64,000 nucleotides of DNA, from the NCBI GenBank assembly GCA_965116885.1, contig OZ220741.1, positions 480,001 through 544,000 on the forward strand, in the 5' to 3' direction. Made by a program: the position numbers and the translations under genes. The notes below the pieces were generated by a model. The model saw only the letters and a list, made by a program, of their open reading frames with translations, ran no database searches and was not told the DNA's origin. Below are positions 42,219 to 52,551 of this stretch, one piece after another (the first letter of the stretch is position 1; each line of letters opens with the position of its first letter). This DNA comes from Candidatus Latescibacterota bacterium. GTDB lineage: Bacteria > Latescibacterota > UBA2968.

Positions 42219-44525
42219 CTACTCATTCACAATCCGCGCCACCCAAATACTAATCTCGTACAAAACGATAAGCGGCAGCGCCATCAAAAGCTGAGACAAG
42301 GGGTCGGGAGGGGTCAAAATGGCTGCCAGTATAAACCCGAGCAAAAGCGCATAACGCCGTCCCTTTCGCATCCGATCGCGTGTTGCAATCCCCATCTTAG
42401 CCAGGAAAAACGTCAACACAGGCAACTCAAACACCAGGCCAAAAGCCACCAGAAGGCGCAGCACAAAACCGATATACTCCCCAATATCAAACTGCGGCTT
42501 CACAATCGTATCTTCAGCCATACCAACAAAAAACTTCATCGCCAGTGGGATAACCAGCCAGTAAGCCAAAATAGCACCAACGACAAAACACACAGTGGCC
42601 GAACCAATCACAAACGTCACAAACCGCCGCTCGCTGGCGAACAGACCGGGCGCGACAAACATCCAGACCTGAAAAATCAAAAACGGCAGCGCCAAAATCC
42701 CCCCGCCCACCAGCGCGATCTGCAACTTGACCATAAACATGCCCATCGGTCTTAAAGTCTGCAATATCAGTTCATCTTCCAATTCACGGGTAGGATGAAG
42801 CAGCACAGCCAAAATCTCATTGACAAAAATCCCGCAAAAAATCGCGCCTATAATAATCGCGGCCAAACCCTTCAAAATGCGCCACCGCAACTCCTCCAGA
42901 TGATCGAGAAAAGGCATCGGCTTGCCTTCATCGGGCAGATCTTCTTCATCGCGGTCTGGCATAATCGCCGGCACCGTACCTTCAGGCGGTGCAACATCCT
43001 CCTCCACCTCTCGCGGTCTCCGAATAGCAGACACCGCCAATCCCATTAACGCGATCACGCCGCACAACTGAGAAAACAAATCGCCAAACCGCATATAAAG
43101 CGTCTGCTCATTGCGCGGTGCAATCATCCCCGCCACAACAGCCTCGTGAAACAAACCCGTCTTTTGCTCTTGCCGCCCATAGGGATCGATAAACATCGAC
43201 ACACCCGTATTGGCACAGCGCACCACCCACCGCCTGTTTTCAACAGCCCTGAACGTCGCAATATCCGCGTGTTGATACGGCGCTGACGTGCGCCCGTACC
43301 ACCCATCATTGGTAATCACCACCAAAAACTCGGCACCCCGAACCATCATATCGCGCGCAAGCCAGGGAAACACCGAATCAAAACAAATCATCCCGGAAAA
43401 CTTTCCACCCGGCACCTCAAAAACCGTAAGCACCGTCCCACTCTCAAAATCGCCGCTGATATACCCCCCACCGCTCCACTGAAAATCGCGCAAAAACCCG
43501 AGCAATTTGGGAAAAGGCGCCCGCTCTCCAAACGGCACCACCTTCACCTTGTCGTAATGCGGCAAATCGCCCCCGCCCGGCTCAAACAAAAAAGAAGAAT
43601 TGTAAAGACGATCCCGCGCCGCGGCCTCAAAGCGATTCGCTCCCATATACAGATAAACGCCCAGCGAATCGACCAGCGCCTGCACCCGCGCCTGATACGC
43701 CTGATGCGACGCGCCTTCACTTTTCAAACGCGCCGGCAAAGCCGCCTCTGACCACACAACCAACCGCGCCCCCGTCTCCGCAGCCTGAATCGTCAAAGGC
43801 TCCAACTTGTTAAAATTGTGATCAAAACCCCAGTACGACTTCTCAACAGGCGGCACATTTTGTTGCACAATAGCGACCTTCAAATCGCCCTCAGCAACCG
43901 GCTCTGCCATGCGCCACAAACCAAATCCCGCCGGCAGTGCAAAAGCCAGAACCAGAACACCAACCATCAAACCGCGCCGCGCACTTTCCACTGCCTTAAA
44001 CGCAATCAGATTAACCACCACCACCCAGAACGACACCCCGTAAACCCCGGTCGCCTCTGCAATCTGGATCAAAGGCAAATAATCCACCTGCGTATGCCCG
44101 AGCAACATCCACGGAAAACCCATATCGCCCAGCGTATTGAAATATTCAAACCCCACCCACAAAAAAGGCACCATCCACAAACCCAGCCTGCCAACGCGCG
44201 CCATTGCAAACGACCACAACCACACAAACAGCCCCCGAAAAAGCGACATATACAAAATTGCCCCCGCCATACCCGGGGGGGTAATCCACGCAATCCAATA
44301 AACACTCGCACCGTAAAAAACCACACCCTGCAAAAAACCCGCGCCAAAAGCCACGCGCCCACGCAGATTTTCGACAACGGGAATCAGGGGCAACAAACTG
44401 ATACAGGCCAAAAAACCGAGCGGCAAAGGGGGAAATGCCGCTGCCATCAGCAAACCCGACAAAATCGGATATCCGATCACCAACTTCCAACCCCAGGCAT
44501 TGTCCTGCGTCGTATTATCCGTCAT
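42219..44525 (-). CDS. Fusion of apolipoprotein N-acyltransferase (Lnt) and twin-arginine translocase subunit TatC
   Basis: N-part: GFPW..LG, WSE, YDK..VVPFGE, ICFD, ITNDGWYG, RAVENRR..RCANTGVS; from aa 537: MPFLDHLEELRWR, WMFVAPGL..SER, FELP, AAILTPPDP, LYEIS. Confidence 0.92.
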   Translation of the reverse strand: MTDNTTQDNAWGWKLVIGYPILSGLLMAAAFPPLPLGFLACISLLPLIPVVENLRGRVAFGAGFLQGVVFYGASVYWIAWITPPGMAGAILYMSLFRGLFVWLWSFAMARVGRLGLWMVPFLWVGFEYFNTLGDMGFPWMLLGHTQVDYLPLIQIAEATGVYGVSFWVVVVNLIAFKAVESARRGLMVGVLVLAFALPAGFGLWRMAEPVAEGDLKVAIVQQNVPPVEKSYWGFDHNFNKLEPLTIQAAETGARLVVWSEAALPARLKSEGASHQAYQARVQALVDSLGVYLYMGANRFEAAARDRLYNSSFLFEPGGGDLPHYDKVKVVPFGERAPFPKLLGFLRDFQWSGGGYISGDFESGTVLTVFEVPGGKFSGMICFDSVFPWLARDMMVRGAEFLVVITNDGWYGRTSAPYQHADIATFRAVENRRWVVRCANTGVSMFIDPYGRQEQKTGLFHEAVVAGMIAPRNEQTLYMRFGDLFSQLCGVIALMGLAVSAIRRPREVEEDVAPPEGTVPAIMPDRDEEDLPDEGKPMPFLDHLEELRWRILKGLAAIIIGAIFCGIFVNEILAVLLHPTRELEDELILQTLRPMGMFMVKLQIALVGGGILALPFLIFQVWMFVAPGLFASERRFVTFVIGSATVCFVVGAILAYWLVIPLAMKFFVGMAEDTIVKPQFDIGEYIGFVLRLLVAFGLVFELPVLTFFLAKMGIATRDRMRKGRRYALLLGFILAAILTPPDPLSQLLMALPLIVLYEISIWVARIVNE

Positions 44526-44678
44526 CTATCTCTTTTAACCCCATCAATTCATAAACCATTCACAGCAAGAAGCACAAACAAAAATCCATGTTGCAAAAAA
44601 CACAAAGACTATGCAATATAAAGGCGGTTCAAACCCCTGTCAATTACCGTCCCAAAAAACAAACCCGGTCTATAACCC

Positions 44679-45866
44679 ATGCTACCCGACCTCAACTCAG
44701 AACTCCAGGCATTGCGCGAACAAAACCTCTACCGCTCGGTGCGACGTGTGGAAACCAGCCAGGAACCCCGCATCCGCATCAAAGGGCGGGAACTCATCCT
44801 CTTCTGCTCAAACAACTATCTGGGCCTCGCCAACCATCCCGTCCTCAAAGGTGCAGCCATCGAGGCACTCAACACCTATGGAAGCAGCACCGTAGCATCG
44901 GCACTCATCTCGGGATACATGCCCCCGCACGCCGACCTCGAAAGCGGCATGGCGCAATTCCTCGGCACAGAAGCCGCCATCGCATTTCCCACGGGCTACA
45001 CAGCCAACCTCGGCGTCATACCCGCCCTCATCAACCGCGACGACATCATTTTTAGCGACCAGTTAAATCACCGCAGCATCATCGACGGCTGTCGCCTCTC
45101 CCGCGCACAAATCGCCATCTACAACCACTGCGACATCGCCCACCTCGAAACCCAGCTCAAAACCTCGTCCTCCCATCGCCGTCGCCTCATCGTCACCGAT
45201 GGCGTCTTCTCAATGGACGGAGACATCGCCCCACTGCCCGAACTCGTCACCCTCGCCGAACAACACAACGCCATCCTCATGGTTGATGACGCCCACGCAA
45301 CCGGCGTCCTCGGCCCCAATGGCCGCGGCACCTTCGAACACTACGGCCTCTTCCCCGAAGCCATCGACATCCTCATGACCTCGGGCAGCAAAGCCCTCGG
45401 CGCATCCGGCGGTTTCATCTGTGGCAGCCGCGACCTCATCGACCTCATCCGCAACCGCTCCGCCGCGTACATCTACACCACCGCAATGCCGCCCGACGCC
45501 TGTGCATCCACCACCGCGGCACTCGACCTCATCCAGCACAATACCAGCTTGCGCCAACGCCTGTGGCACAACACAACAACCATCAGCCGGCATCTTCAAA
45601 CCCTCGGATTCGACCTCGCACAATCCCAAACCCACATCATACCCATACTCATAGGCGACGCCCAGAAAACCGTTGAAATATCCGAACACCTCTACAACCG
45701 CGGCATCTACCTCTACGGCATACGTCCCCCCACCGTCCCCGAAGGCCAAAGCCGTCTGCGCCTCTCCGTCATGGCAACCCATACCGACGAAGACATCGCC
45801 CAATTATTAGACGCCATGACCGAAGTGCGACATACTTTTTTTAATTATCAGGACCTACCCCCCTAA
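44679..45866 (+). CDS. bioF: 8-amino-7-oxononanoate synthase
   Basis: FCSNNYLGL, TGYTAN, SDQLNHRSIIDG, DGVFSMDGD, DDAHATG, SKALG, IRPPTVP. Confidence 0.88.
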   Translation: MLPDLNSELQALREQNLYRSVRRVETSQEPRIRIKGRELILFCSNNYLGLANHPVLKGAAIEALNTYGSSTVASALISGYMPPHADLESGMAQFLGTEAAIAFPTGYTANLGVIPALINRDDIIFSDQLNHRSIIDGCRLSRAQIAIYNHCDIAHLETQLKTSSSHRRRLIVTDGVFSMDGDIAPLPELVTLAEQHNAILMVDDAHATGVLGPNGRGTFEHYGLFPEAIDILMTSGSKALGASGGFICGSRDLIDLIRNRSAAYIYTTAMPPDACASTTAALDLIQHNTSLRQRLWHNTTTISRHLQTLGFDLAQSQTHIIPILIGDAQKTVEISEHLYNRGIYLYGIRPPTVPEGQSRLRLSVMATHTDEDIAQLLDAMTEVRHTFFNYQDLPP

Positions 45867-45938
45867 CCCCCCTTCCTGCGAGGAAGGGGGGAACCAGGTC
45901 TCCCCTCCCCGCGTCGGGGAGGGGCCGGGGGAGGGGTC
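45852..45938. repeat. GC-rich two-hairpin palindromic element overlapping the bioF stop
   Basis: cccccttcct-gcg-aggaaggggg and cccctcccc-gcgtc-ggggagggg, closed by outer gacc..../....ggtc. Confidence 0.7.
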
Positions 45939-45970
45939 ACATCGCTTCGGGCTATCAAATGGAGACCACC

Positions 45971-46738
45971 ATGTCCAATCCCCTCGACCACATCCGAATC
46001 GTACTCGTTGAACCCAAAGAACCCGGCAACATCGGCGCCGTGGCGCGCGCGATGAAAAACACGGGCTTATCGCACCTCTACCTCGTCAATCCCCCCGACC
46101 ACACCAGCGGCGAAGCCCGCGCAATGGCGCACGGATCGGGCGACATCCTCTACGGCGCCACCGTCGTATCCTCACTCGCCGAAGCACTCGCAGACGTATC
46201 GCTTGCCGTGGGCACATCCCATCGCAAACGCCGCGAATTCGACATCGTACACCCGCCTCAAACTGTGACAGACAAACTGTTATCCCTTCCCGAAAATCAC
46301 AAAGGCGCCATCGTCTTTGGCCGGGAAGAAAACGGACTGACCAACAACGAAATCCAACTGTGTCAGCTAATCTCCCGCATCCCCTCAGCCGTGCGCTACC
46401 CCTCCCTCAACCTGTCGCAAGCCACCCTCATCTACGGCTACGAACTCTTTCGCGCAACCCATACCGAAATCCCCTACAAACCATCGGAAGTCGATCTGGC
46501 CACGCACCGCGAACTCGAATCCATGTATGACCACATCCAAACCGCACTCGACAAACTCGGCTTTGTCTCGCGGCACCGCCCCCAGACCTTCATCCGATCC
46601 ATCCGCCGAATCTTCAGCCGCATCGACATGGAACACCGCGACGTAGCGACCATCCACCGCGTCTTCCGCCAGGTCGATCGCTTCATCGCGCGGCACGGCC
46701 TCGACCCCATCCCACCGCCCGACAAAAAAACAGAGTAA
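45971..46738 (+). CDS. trmJ: SPOUT RNA methyltransferase (TrmJ/LasT family)
   Basis: IRIVLVEP..PGNIGAVARAMKN, VFGREENGLTN.E, YPSLNLSQA. Confidence 0.85.
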   Translation: MSNPLDHIRIVLVEPKEPGNIGAVARAMKNTGLSHLYLVNPPDHTSGEARAMAHGSGDILYGATVVSSLAEALADVSLAVGTSHRKRREFDIVHPPQTVTDKLLSLPENHKGAIVFGREENGLTNNEIQLCQLISRIPSAVRYPSLNLSQATLIYGYELFRATHTEIPYKPSEVDLATHRELESMYDHIQTALDKLGFVSRHRPQTFIRSIRRIFSRIDMEHRDVATIHRVFRQVDRFIARHGLDPIPPPDKKTE

Positions 46739-46753
46739 CCCTCTCTGAGACAG

Positions 46754-48103
46754 TCACCCCTCAAACCCCAGCGTCTCCAAAAGCGACAGACTCAAACTCT
46801 CCATAGCCGGCACTGTACCCACACCACCCAAAGACGACAGAGATGCCCACGTCTCATACCCTCCCTCTTGCGTCAATGCCTCATCTGTACACACATACCC
46901 GATAGACCCGTTTGCCAGACTCACCAGCATCAACGGCGAAGCCGACGTCTGCGCCTTGATCCGAAGGCCCGTCTCCACAAAAATCTCCCCCGGCAACGCC
47001 AGAATCGCCGCATCGCCCAACCGGATCGCCTGCACAGGTGCCGTCATCTGTTCCGGCAACGCCGCCAACCGCTGGCACTGCCTGGCATATACACCTACCC
47101 GATCCTTCCGCACCGGTTGTCCCACCACCCAGCTAAACGGCCCCTCCTCGTACTCATATCCACCTGCGAGAATCTGTTCGGCAATATCGAGATCCGTCTC
47201 TGTAATCACTTTCCTCGAAAATTCCAGCGTCCCCGTCACAGCCTCCAATGCCAGCTCCTCATCCAAATCCATCAACTGGATCTCCGTCAAAACATGCCCT
47301 GCCAGAACATTTGCCATCCGCCGCGCCCGGGGGTGCCCCCGATCCCGCCAAATCCGCTCGCCACTATAATCGTTGTTATTAATCTGTCCAGACGCCGCAT
47401 TCCACAAAATCGGCACGCAGTCCCCACCTATATAATGCCGCATCAAATTGAAAAACTGGCCAAAATAATCCGCCGACACCTGCCCGACACTGCCCGTTCC
47501 CACATAGTGCAGTGAAAAACTCGCCACCACCGAAATCGGCGTACCATCCACCCCCTCCACATACATCATCGCCAACTCCGGATCGATCTCTCCCATTGGC
47601 CGCACGAGATCCGGATTATTCAAACCCGGATTCATCCGCACCGTCCCATCCTTCATCAGCCAGCGCCGATAAAACGAAATACGATCCTCCATCACACTGG
47701 CAAACCCCGCCCGGGCAGGCTGCATTCTCTTGACAGCCAACTCCACGGCATCGGCCACTTTCAGCGGAAGCCATGTCGTATAACCCTCATCCTCGCCCAC
47801 ACCCAGAAGATTGCTCACCCCTGCTCCCGAATGCGTATGTGTCGCATTCACCATCACGCATTCAGGAGATATCCCACACCGCTCTTGAATGCGCGCCTTC
47901 ACGGCATTCGCAATCGGTTCTGGTATCGCAATCAAATCGCAGGTCACCATTGCAATCCTGACATCACCATTGTCGATCACCAGTGCCTTAGCCAGAAGCT
48001 CATCGTGTACATCCTCTCCGTATCGCGGATGAAAACTTCCCGGCATCGTAACACCCAGCCAGGGTGTAATATTGGACGTAGCAGCCCCTGCTTGCAATTT
48101 CAT
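46754..48103 (-). CDS. Neutral/alkaline ceramidase N-terminal-like hydrolase of unknown substrate
   Basis: AG....ITP, VHDEL.AKALV, NATHTHSG, IDPEL, SADYFG, LPGEIF.E.G, LANG..GY, GGYET. Confidence 0.65.
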   Translation of the reverse strand: MKLQAGAATSNITPWLGVTMPGSFHPRYGEDVHDELLAKALVIDNGDVRIAMVTCDLIAIPEPIANAVKARIQERCGISPECVMVNATHTHSGAGVSNLLGVGEDEGYTTWLPLKVADAVELAVKRMQPARAGFASVMEDRISFYRRWLMKDGTVRMNPGLNNPDLVRPMGEIDPELAMMYVEGVDGTPISVVASFSLHYVGTGSVGQVSADYFGQFFNLMRHYIGGDCVPILWNAASGQINNNDYSGERIWRDRGHPRARRMANVLAGHVLTEIQLMDLDEELALEAVTGTLEFSRKVITETDLDIAEQILAGGYEYEEGPFSWVVGQPVRKDRVGVYARQCQRLAALPEQMTAPVQAIRLGDAAILALPGEIFVETGLRIKAQTSASPLMLVSLANGSIGYVCTDEALTQEGGYETWASLSSLGGVGTVPAMESLSLSLLETLGFEG

Positions 48104-48235
48104 AACTTTCCTCCCGTGTTAGATTTTACTTCATACCACCGTCATAACCTCATCGTATATTACAATATTCTGGCAACAAAAAAAGAAAAATGGAAACAGG
48201 GAATTTACCGCGTGAAACTCAATTTTTGAAAGCGG

Positions 48236-48264
48236 TTGACAGTGGTTTCTGTAACGCTTATTCT
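48236..48264 (+). promoter_or_regulatory. sigma70-type promoter upstream of pdxA
   Basis: TTGACA-17bp-TATTCT followed by SD AGGAGGT. Confidence 0.7.
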
Positions 48265-48284
48265 TTGAACAGGAGGTGGTTTTT

Positions 48285-49310
48285 ATGGCCGAATTAACAA
48301 AACGCCCGGTAATTGGTGTAACCGTGGGCGACCCGGCGGGAATTGGCCCAGAGGTCGTGATCAAAGCGCTGTGTGAACCGACGCTTTATAACAACGTAAA
48401 GCCACTGGTCTTTGCCGACCGATCTGTTTTGGAGCAAACGATAAAGATGCTGTGTGCGGATATAGATTTGCACGCTGTAAACAATCCGCGCAACGGGCAT
48501 TATGAAGTCGGGTGTATCGACTTTATCGACGTTGGGAGTTTGTCTGAGCCAATTGCCTATGGCCAAATCTCTGCCGAAGGTGGTCGGGCGGGATATCAAT
48601 ATTTGGACCGGGCAATTGATGCGGCTCTATCAGGTACCGTAGCTGGCCTATCCACAGCACCACTGAACAAAGAATCGTTGCAGGCCGCAAAGCTACCTTA
48701 TATCGACCATACTGCGATGCTCAATGCCCGAGCGGCATTGCGAGTGCCGATGACGCTATTTCTGGTAAAAAATTTGAAAATCTTCTTCCTCACCCGGCAC
48801 ATTTCCTTCCGAGAAATTCCAGATGCCATTACAAAAACGGGAATTCTGGAAGCACTGCCGCTGTGCGATCTGTATCTGCGGCAACTGGGAACTGAAACGC
48901 CGACCATAGCTGTGGCAGGCTTAAATCCACACGGCGGCGAACAGGGTCTGTTCGGACGAGAAGAAATCGAAGTCATCGGCCCCGCTGTAAAAGAAGCGAA
49001 AAAACGCGGATGGCGGGTACAGGGACCAATACCAGCGGACTCGGTATTTCATCTGGCACTGGAAGGGCGTTACGATGGGGTATTGTCGCTTTACCACGAC
49101 CAGGGACATATCGCATCCAAGACCCTGGACTTCCACGGAACAGTAAGTCTGACAATGGGACTGAAGTTTCTGCGCACATCAGTAGATCACGGAACAGCCT
49201 TTGACATTGCCGGACAGGGAATAGCATCAGAACGAGGCATGGTAGAAGCAATTCGCGCAGCCGGAAAATATGCGGTGCCGGTACGCGAGCGATTGGAAAT
49301 GAGTCGATAA
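48285..49310 (+). CDS. pdxA: 4-hydroxythreonine-4-phosphate dehydrogenase family (PdxA/PdxA2)
   Basis: GDPAGIGPE, TAPLNKE, GLNPH.GE, PADSVF, YHDQGH, RTSVDHGTAFDIAG. Confidence 0.9.
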   Translation: MAELTKRPVIGVTVGDPAGIGPEVVIKALCEPTLYNNVKPLVFADRSVLEQTIKMLCADIDLHAVNNPRNGHYEVGCIDFIDVGSLSEPIAYGQISAEGGRAGYQYLDRAIDAALSGTVAGLSTAPLNKESLQAAKLPYIDHTAMLNARAALRVPMTLFLVKNLKIFFLTRHISFREIPDAITKTGILEALPLCDLYLRQLGTETPTIAVAGLNPHGGEQGLFGREEIEVIGPAVKEAKKRGWRVQGPIPADSVFHLALEGRYDGVLSLYHDQGHIASKTLDFHGTVSLTMGLKFLRTSVDHGTAFDIAGQGIASERGMVEAIRAAGKYAVPVRERLEMSR

Positions 49311-49311
49311 A

Positions 49312-49770
49312 ATGCCGTCAAACTACACCATTGCAAAAGAACTAAAGCGAGTGGCGGATTACCGTGAAATATGCGGTGAGGATCCAGCAGATTATCTCAA
49401 TGCCGCCTGGATGGTCCAGTCGTTTTCACGCGGCAGGCTGGACGAATTGTACCCGATTGAAGGCAGGGAACTACTGGAACGCACAAACGAATTTAGCGAC
49501 GAAGTGATAGACACAATCGTCGAAGTCATTGAAGGCAAAGAGGTCCGTGTGTTGCAGGAGCGGCAGGGCGTCCCTTTGACCGTGCTGGAATTGATCGAGA
49601 TTCGGGGGATCGGTGGCAAAATGGCCAGGCGCCTTTTTGGCGAATTGGGTGTGGTTGATCTGCAGGGCTTGCGGGCTGTCGTCGAGGACGGACAAATCAG
49701 CCAGGTAAAGGGGTTCAGGACAAAAACCATCGAGAAGATCACCGCTTTTCTGGACGAAAGGGGAGTGTAG
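49312..49770 (+). CDS. Helix-hairpin-helix protein resembling the N-terminal region of bacterial DNA polymerase X
   Basis: IA..L...AD..EI.GE, ELIEIRGIGGK.AR.L..ELGV..L..L, VKGFR.KT.EKI; no palm or PHP domain. Confidence 0.65.
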   Translation: MPSNYTIAKELKRVADYREICGEDPADYLNAAWMVQSFSRGRLDELYPIEGRELLERTNEFSDEVIDTIVEVIEGKEVRVLQERQGVPLTVLELIEIRGIGGKMARRLFGELGVVDLQGLRAVVEDGQISQVKGFRTKTIEKITAFLDERGV

Positions 49771-49852
49771 ATTTATTTGTCTGAGGATATATACTTTGTT
49801 ATAGTTATAGTAACACATCTTAAAATTCACCCCTCCCTATGAGGACCGCACT

Positions 49853-52159
49853 ATGGCGATGAAAAAAGAAGACTATTTGGGAATTGAAAACTACAAAGTA
49901 GTGGGTACGCGACCGATACGGCACGATGGAACCGATAAAGTAACGGGCCGCGCGGTGTATGGACCAGACTTTCATCTGACCGGATCGCTATACGGCAAAA
50001 CACTGCGAAGCCCTCATGGACATGCGCGGATCAAATCCATCGACACCAGCAAAGCCGAGGCACTGCCCGGAGTAAAAGCCATAGTACTCGGAAAAGACCT
50101 CGTCCAAAATTACGAAGACAAAGTCTCCGACCTCGGTGAGGGATCGGTCGATCTGCGATTCTTAATCGCCAACGTACTCGCCGGAGACAAAGTCCTCTAC
50201 GACGGACACGCCATCGCAGCCGTAGCAGCCACCTCTGCACACATCGCAGAAGAGGCATTAAACCTCATCGACGTAGAATACGAAATACTCGAACCCGTCC
50301 TGGAAGTCCGCCGCGCAATGGAAAACGACGCCCCGTTATTACACGACGACTTAAAAATGAAATCTCTCGGCGAAGAAACGGACCTGGCGAGCAACATCGC
50401 AAATCACTTCCAGCACAAACAGGGAGACACAGAAAAGGGGTTTGAAGAAGCGGACGTAGTCATAGAGCGGGAATTTGCGACCGGAACAGTACATCAGGGA
50501 TACATCGAACCGCACAACGTAACCGCGCACTGGAGCGAAAACGGAAAGCTCACAATATGGTGCAGCACGCAGGGCCCATTTGAAGTGCGCGGCCAGGTCG
50601 CCGACGTACTCGGCCTCGAAGTGGGTGACATACGCGTCATCCCGCAGGAAATTGGGGGCGGATTTGGCGGAAAATTCCGCGTCTATGAAGAACCGACCGC
50701 CGCCCTGCTGGCGCAAAAAACCGGAAAACCCGTCAAAATGGTCATGTCCCGCACAGAAGTATTAAAAGCCACCGGACCAACGCCCGCATCCTACATCAAA
50801 GTCAAAATGGGCGCAACGCGGGACGGCATGATAACAGCGGCACAAGCCTACATGGCCTATGAAGCCGGAGCCTATCCCGGCTCTGCCGTAGGCGCTGGTG
50901 CGGGATGTATCTTCTCGCCTTACAGCATCCCAAACTCCCTCATCGACGGCTACGATGTCGTCGTAAACAAACCCCAATCGTCCGCCTACCGCGCACCCGG
51001 CGCAACCAACGCGGCATTTGCATCTGAAACAGTAATAGACGAAATATGCGAACAGATCGGAATGGACCCCCTCGAATTTCGATTGAAAAACGCGTCCAAA
51101 GAAGGCACGCGACGGGCAGATGGACCGGTCTTCTTGCGCATCGGCCAGGAAGAAGTCGTCAAAGCGGCCATGGCGCATCCGCACTACAGCGCGCCCCTTG
51201 AAGGACCGAATCGGGGACGCGGTGTCGCCGCTGGATTCTGGTTCAACGGCGGAGGCACATCAACAGTGGTCGCCAGTGTAAACCCGGACGGCACAGTAGC
51301 ACTCGTCGAAGGCTCGCCCGATATCGGAGGCACGCGCACCTCAGTCGCCATACAATTTGCCGAAGTCCTGAACCTTCCCATCGAAGACATAAAACCAAAT
51401 GTCACGGACACCGACGCAATCGGACAAACCGATGGAACGGGCGGAAGCCGCGTGACATTCGCAACCGGCTGGGCGAGCTATGAAGCCGCTCAAGATGTCA
51501 AGCGCCAAATGATAGAAAGAGCGGCGACATTATGGGAAATATCAAAAGACGACATCGTCTTTGAAGACGGAACCTTCCGCTCCAAATCGGACGCATCCAA
51601 ATCCATCACATTCAAAGAACTCGCCGGCAGAGTCAATCGCGCGGGCGGTCCGGTCGTAGGACGCGCTGCCGTAAGCGGCAAGCAGGCCGGCCCGGCATTC
51701 GCGCTATTAATCGTAGATGTCGAAGTAGATCCAGACACGGGCAAAGTAGATATCTTGCGGGCGACCATTGTTCAGGACGCTGGCAAAGCCATCTATCCCG
51801 GCTATGTAGAAGGGCAGATGCAGGGCGGCGTGGTACAGGGAATCGGATGGGCATTGAACGAGGAATTTGTGTACAATGACCAAGGCGTAATGGTCAACGC
51901 CTCTTTCCTCGATTATCGGATGCCCACAACACTCGACCTCCCCATGATAGAAACCGTCATCGTAGAAGTGCCCAACCCAGGGCATCCTTATGGCGTGCGA
52001 GGCGTGGGCGAAGTGCCCATTGTCCCGCCGCCAGCCGCAGTTGCCAATGCGATTTACCGCGCTGTTGGCATACGGCTAAACGAGTTACCCATGTCGCCAT
52101 CGCGAGTCCTGAAAGCACTGTGGAAAGCAGATGGCAGCCATGGTCAGGCAGCAGATTAA
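49853..52159 (+). CDS. Xanthine dehydrogenase-family molybdopterin-binding large subunit
   Basis: KVTGRA.Y, LRSPHGHARI, HQGYIEPH, GGGFGGK, AYRAPG, EGQMQGG..QGIG, GVGE. Confidence 0.92.
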   Translation: MAMKKEDYLGIENYKVVGTRPIRHDGTDKVTGRAVYGPDFHLTGSLYGKTLRSPHGHARIKSIDTSKAEALPGVKAIVLGKDLVQNYEDKVSDLGEGSVDLRFLIANVLAGDKVLYDGHAIAAVAATSAHIAEEALNLIDVEYEILEPVLEVRRAMENDAPLLHDDLKMKSLGEETDLASNIANHFQHKQGDTEKGFEEADVVIEREFATGTVHQGYIEPHNVTAHWSENGKLTIWCSTQGPFEVRGQVADVLGLEVGDIRVIPQEIGGGFGGKFRVYEEPTAALLAQKTGKPVKMVMSRTEVLKATGPTPASYIKVKMGATRDGMITAAQAYMAYEAGAYPGSAVGAGAGCIFSPYSIPNSLIDGYDVVVNKPQSSAYRAPGATNAAFASETVIDEICEQIGMDPLEFRLKNASKEGTRRADGPVFLRIGQEEVVKAAMAHPHYSAPLEGPNRGRGVAAGFWFNGGGTSTVVASVNPDGTVALVEGSPDIGGTRTSVAIQFAEVLNLPIEDIKPNVTDTDAIGQTDGTGGSRVTFATGWASYEAAQDVKRQMIERAATLWEISKDDIVFEDGTFRSKSDASKSITFKELAGRVNRAGGPVVGRAAVSGKQAGPAFALLIVDVEVDPDTGKVDILRATIVQDAGKAIYPGYVEGQMQGGVVQGIGWALNEEFVYNDQGVMVNASFLDYRMPTTLDLPMIETVIVEVPNPGHPYGVRGVGEVPIVPPPAAVANAIYRAVGIRLNELPMSPSRVLKALWKADGSHGQAAD

Positions 52160-52176
52160 TCAGATAGGAAAACACA

Positions 52177-52551
52177 ATGGACTGGTTCTCTCAATACGGA
52201 TTTCTCGGTGCCCTGCTCCTCTCGGGCATTGTTCTCGGTGCAATCCCCGTCGTCCTGCCCCTGATCATATCCCCTCGCGCGCGCGGTCGCAAAAGCCGCG
52301 AAACCTACGAATGCGGCATGGACACAATTGGCAGTGCCTGGGTGCGCTTCGACATCGCCTATTATCTCTTTGCACTCATCTTTGTCGCGTTTGAAGTCGA
52401 TGTACTGTATATTCTTCCCATCGCCGTAATCTACGATTCGGGCACCTACGTCTGGCGCGACTTCATCGAACTCACAATCTTCGTCGGCATTCTTTTTCTC
52501 GCCATCATCTACGCCTGGAGCAAAGGCGTTTTGCACTGGAGAAGTCGATAA
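52177..52551 (+). CDS. nuoA: NADH-quinone oxidoreductase subunit A
   Basis: [27 protein letters not shown]. Confidence 0.95.
   Translation: MDWFSQYGFLGALLLSGIVLGAIPVVLPLIISPRARGRKSRETYECGMDTIGSAWVRFDIAYYLFALIFVAFEVDVLYILPIAVIYDSGTYVWRDFIELTIFVGILFLAIIYAWSKGVLHWRSR

Noticed and set aside
44526..44678. Riboswitch or BirA operator upstream of bioF; Moco riboswitch upstream of the Mo enzyme
   Set aside because: No recognisable conserved structure or palindrome in either short spacer
49853..52159. Aerobic CO dehydrogenase CoxL
   Set aside because: Active-site loop is AYRAPG, not AYxCSFR or AYRGAGR; no coxS, coxM or accessory genes nearby
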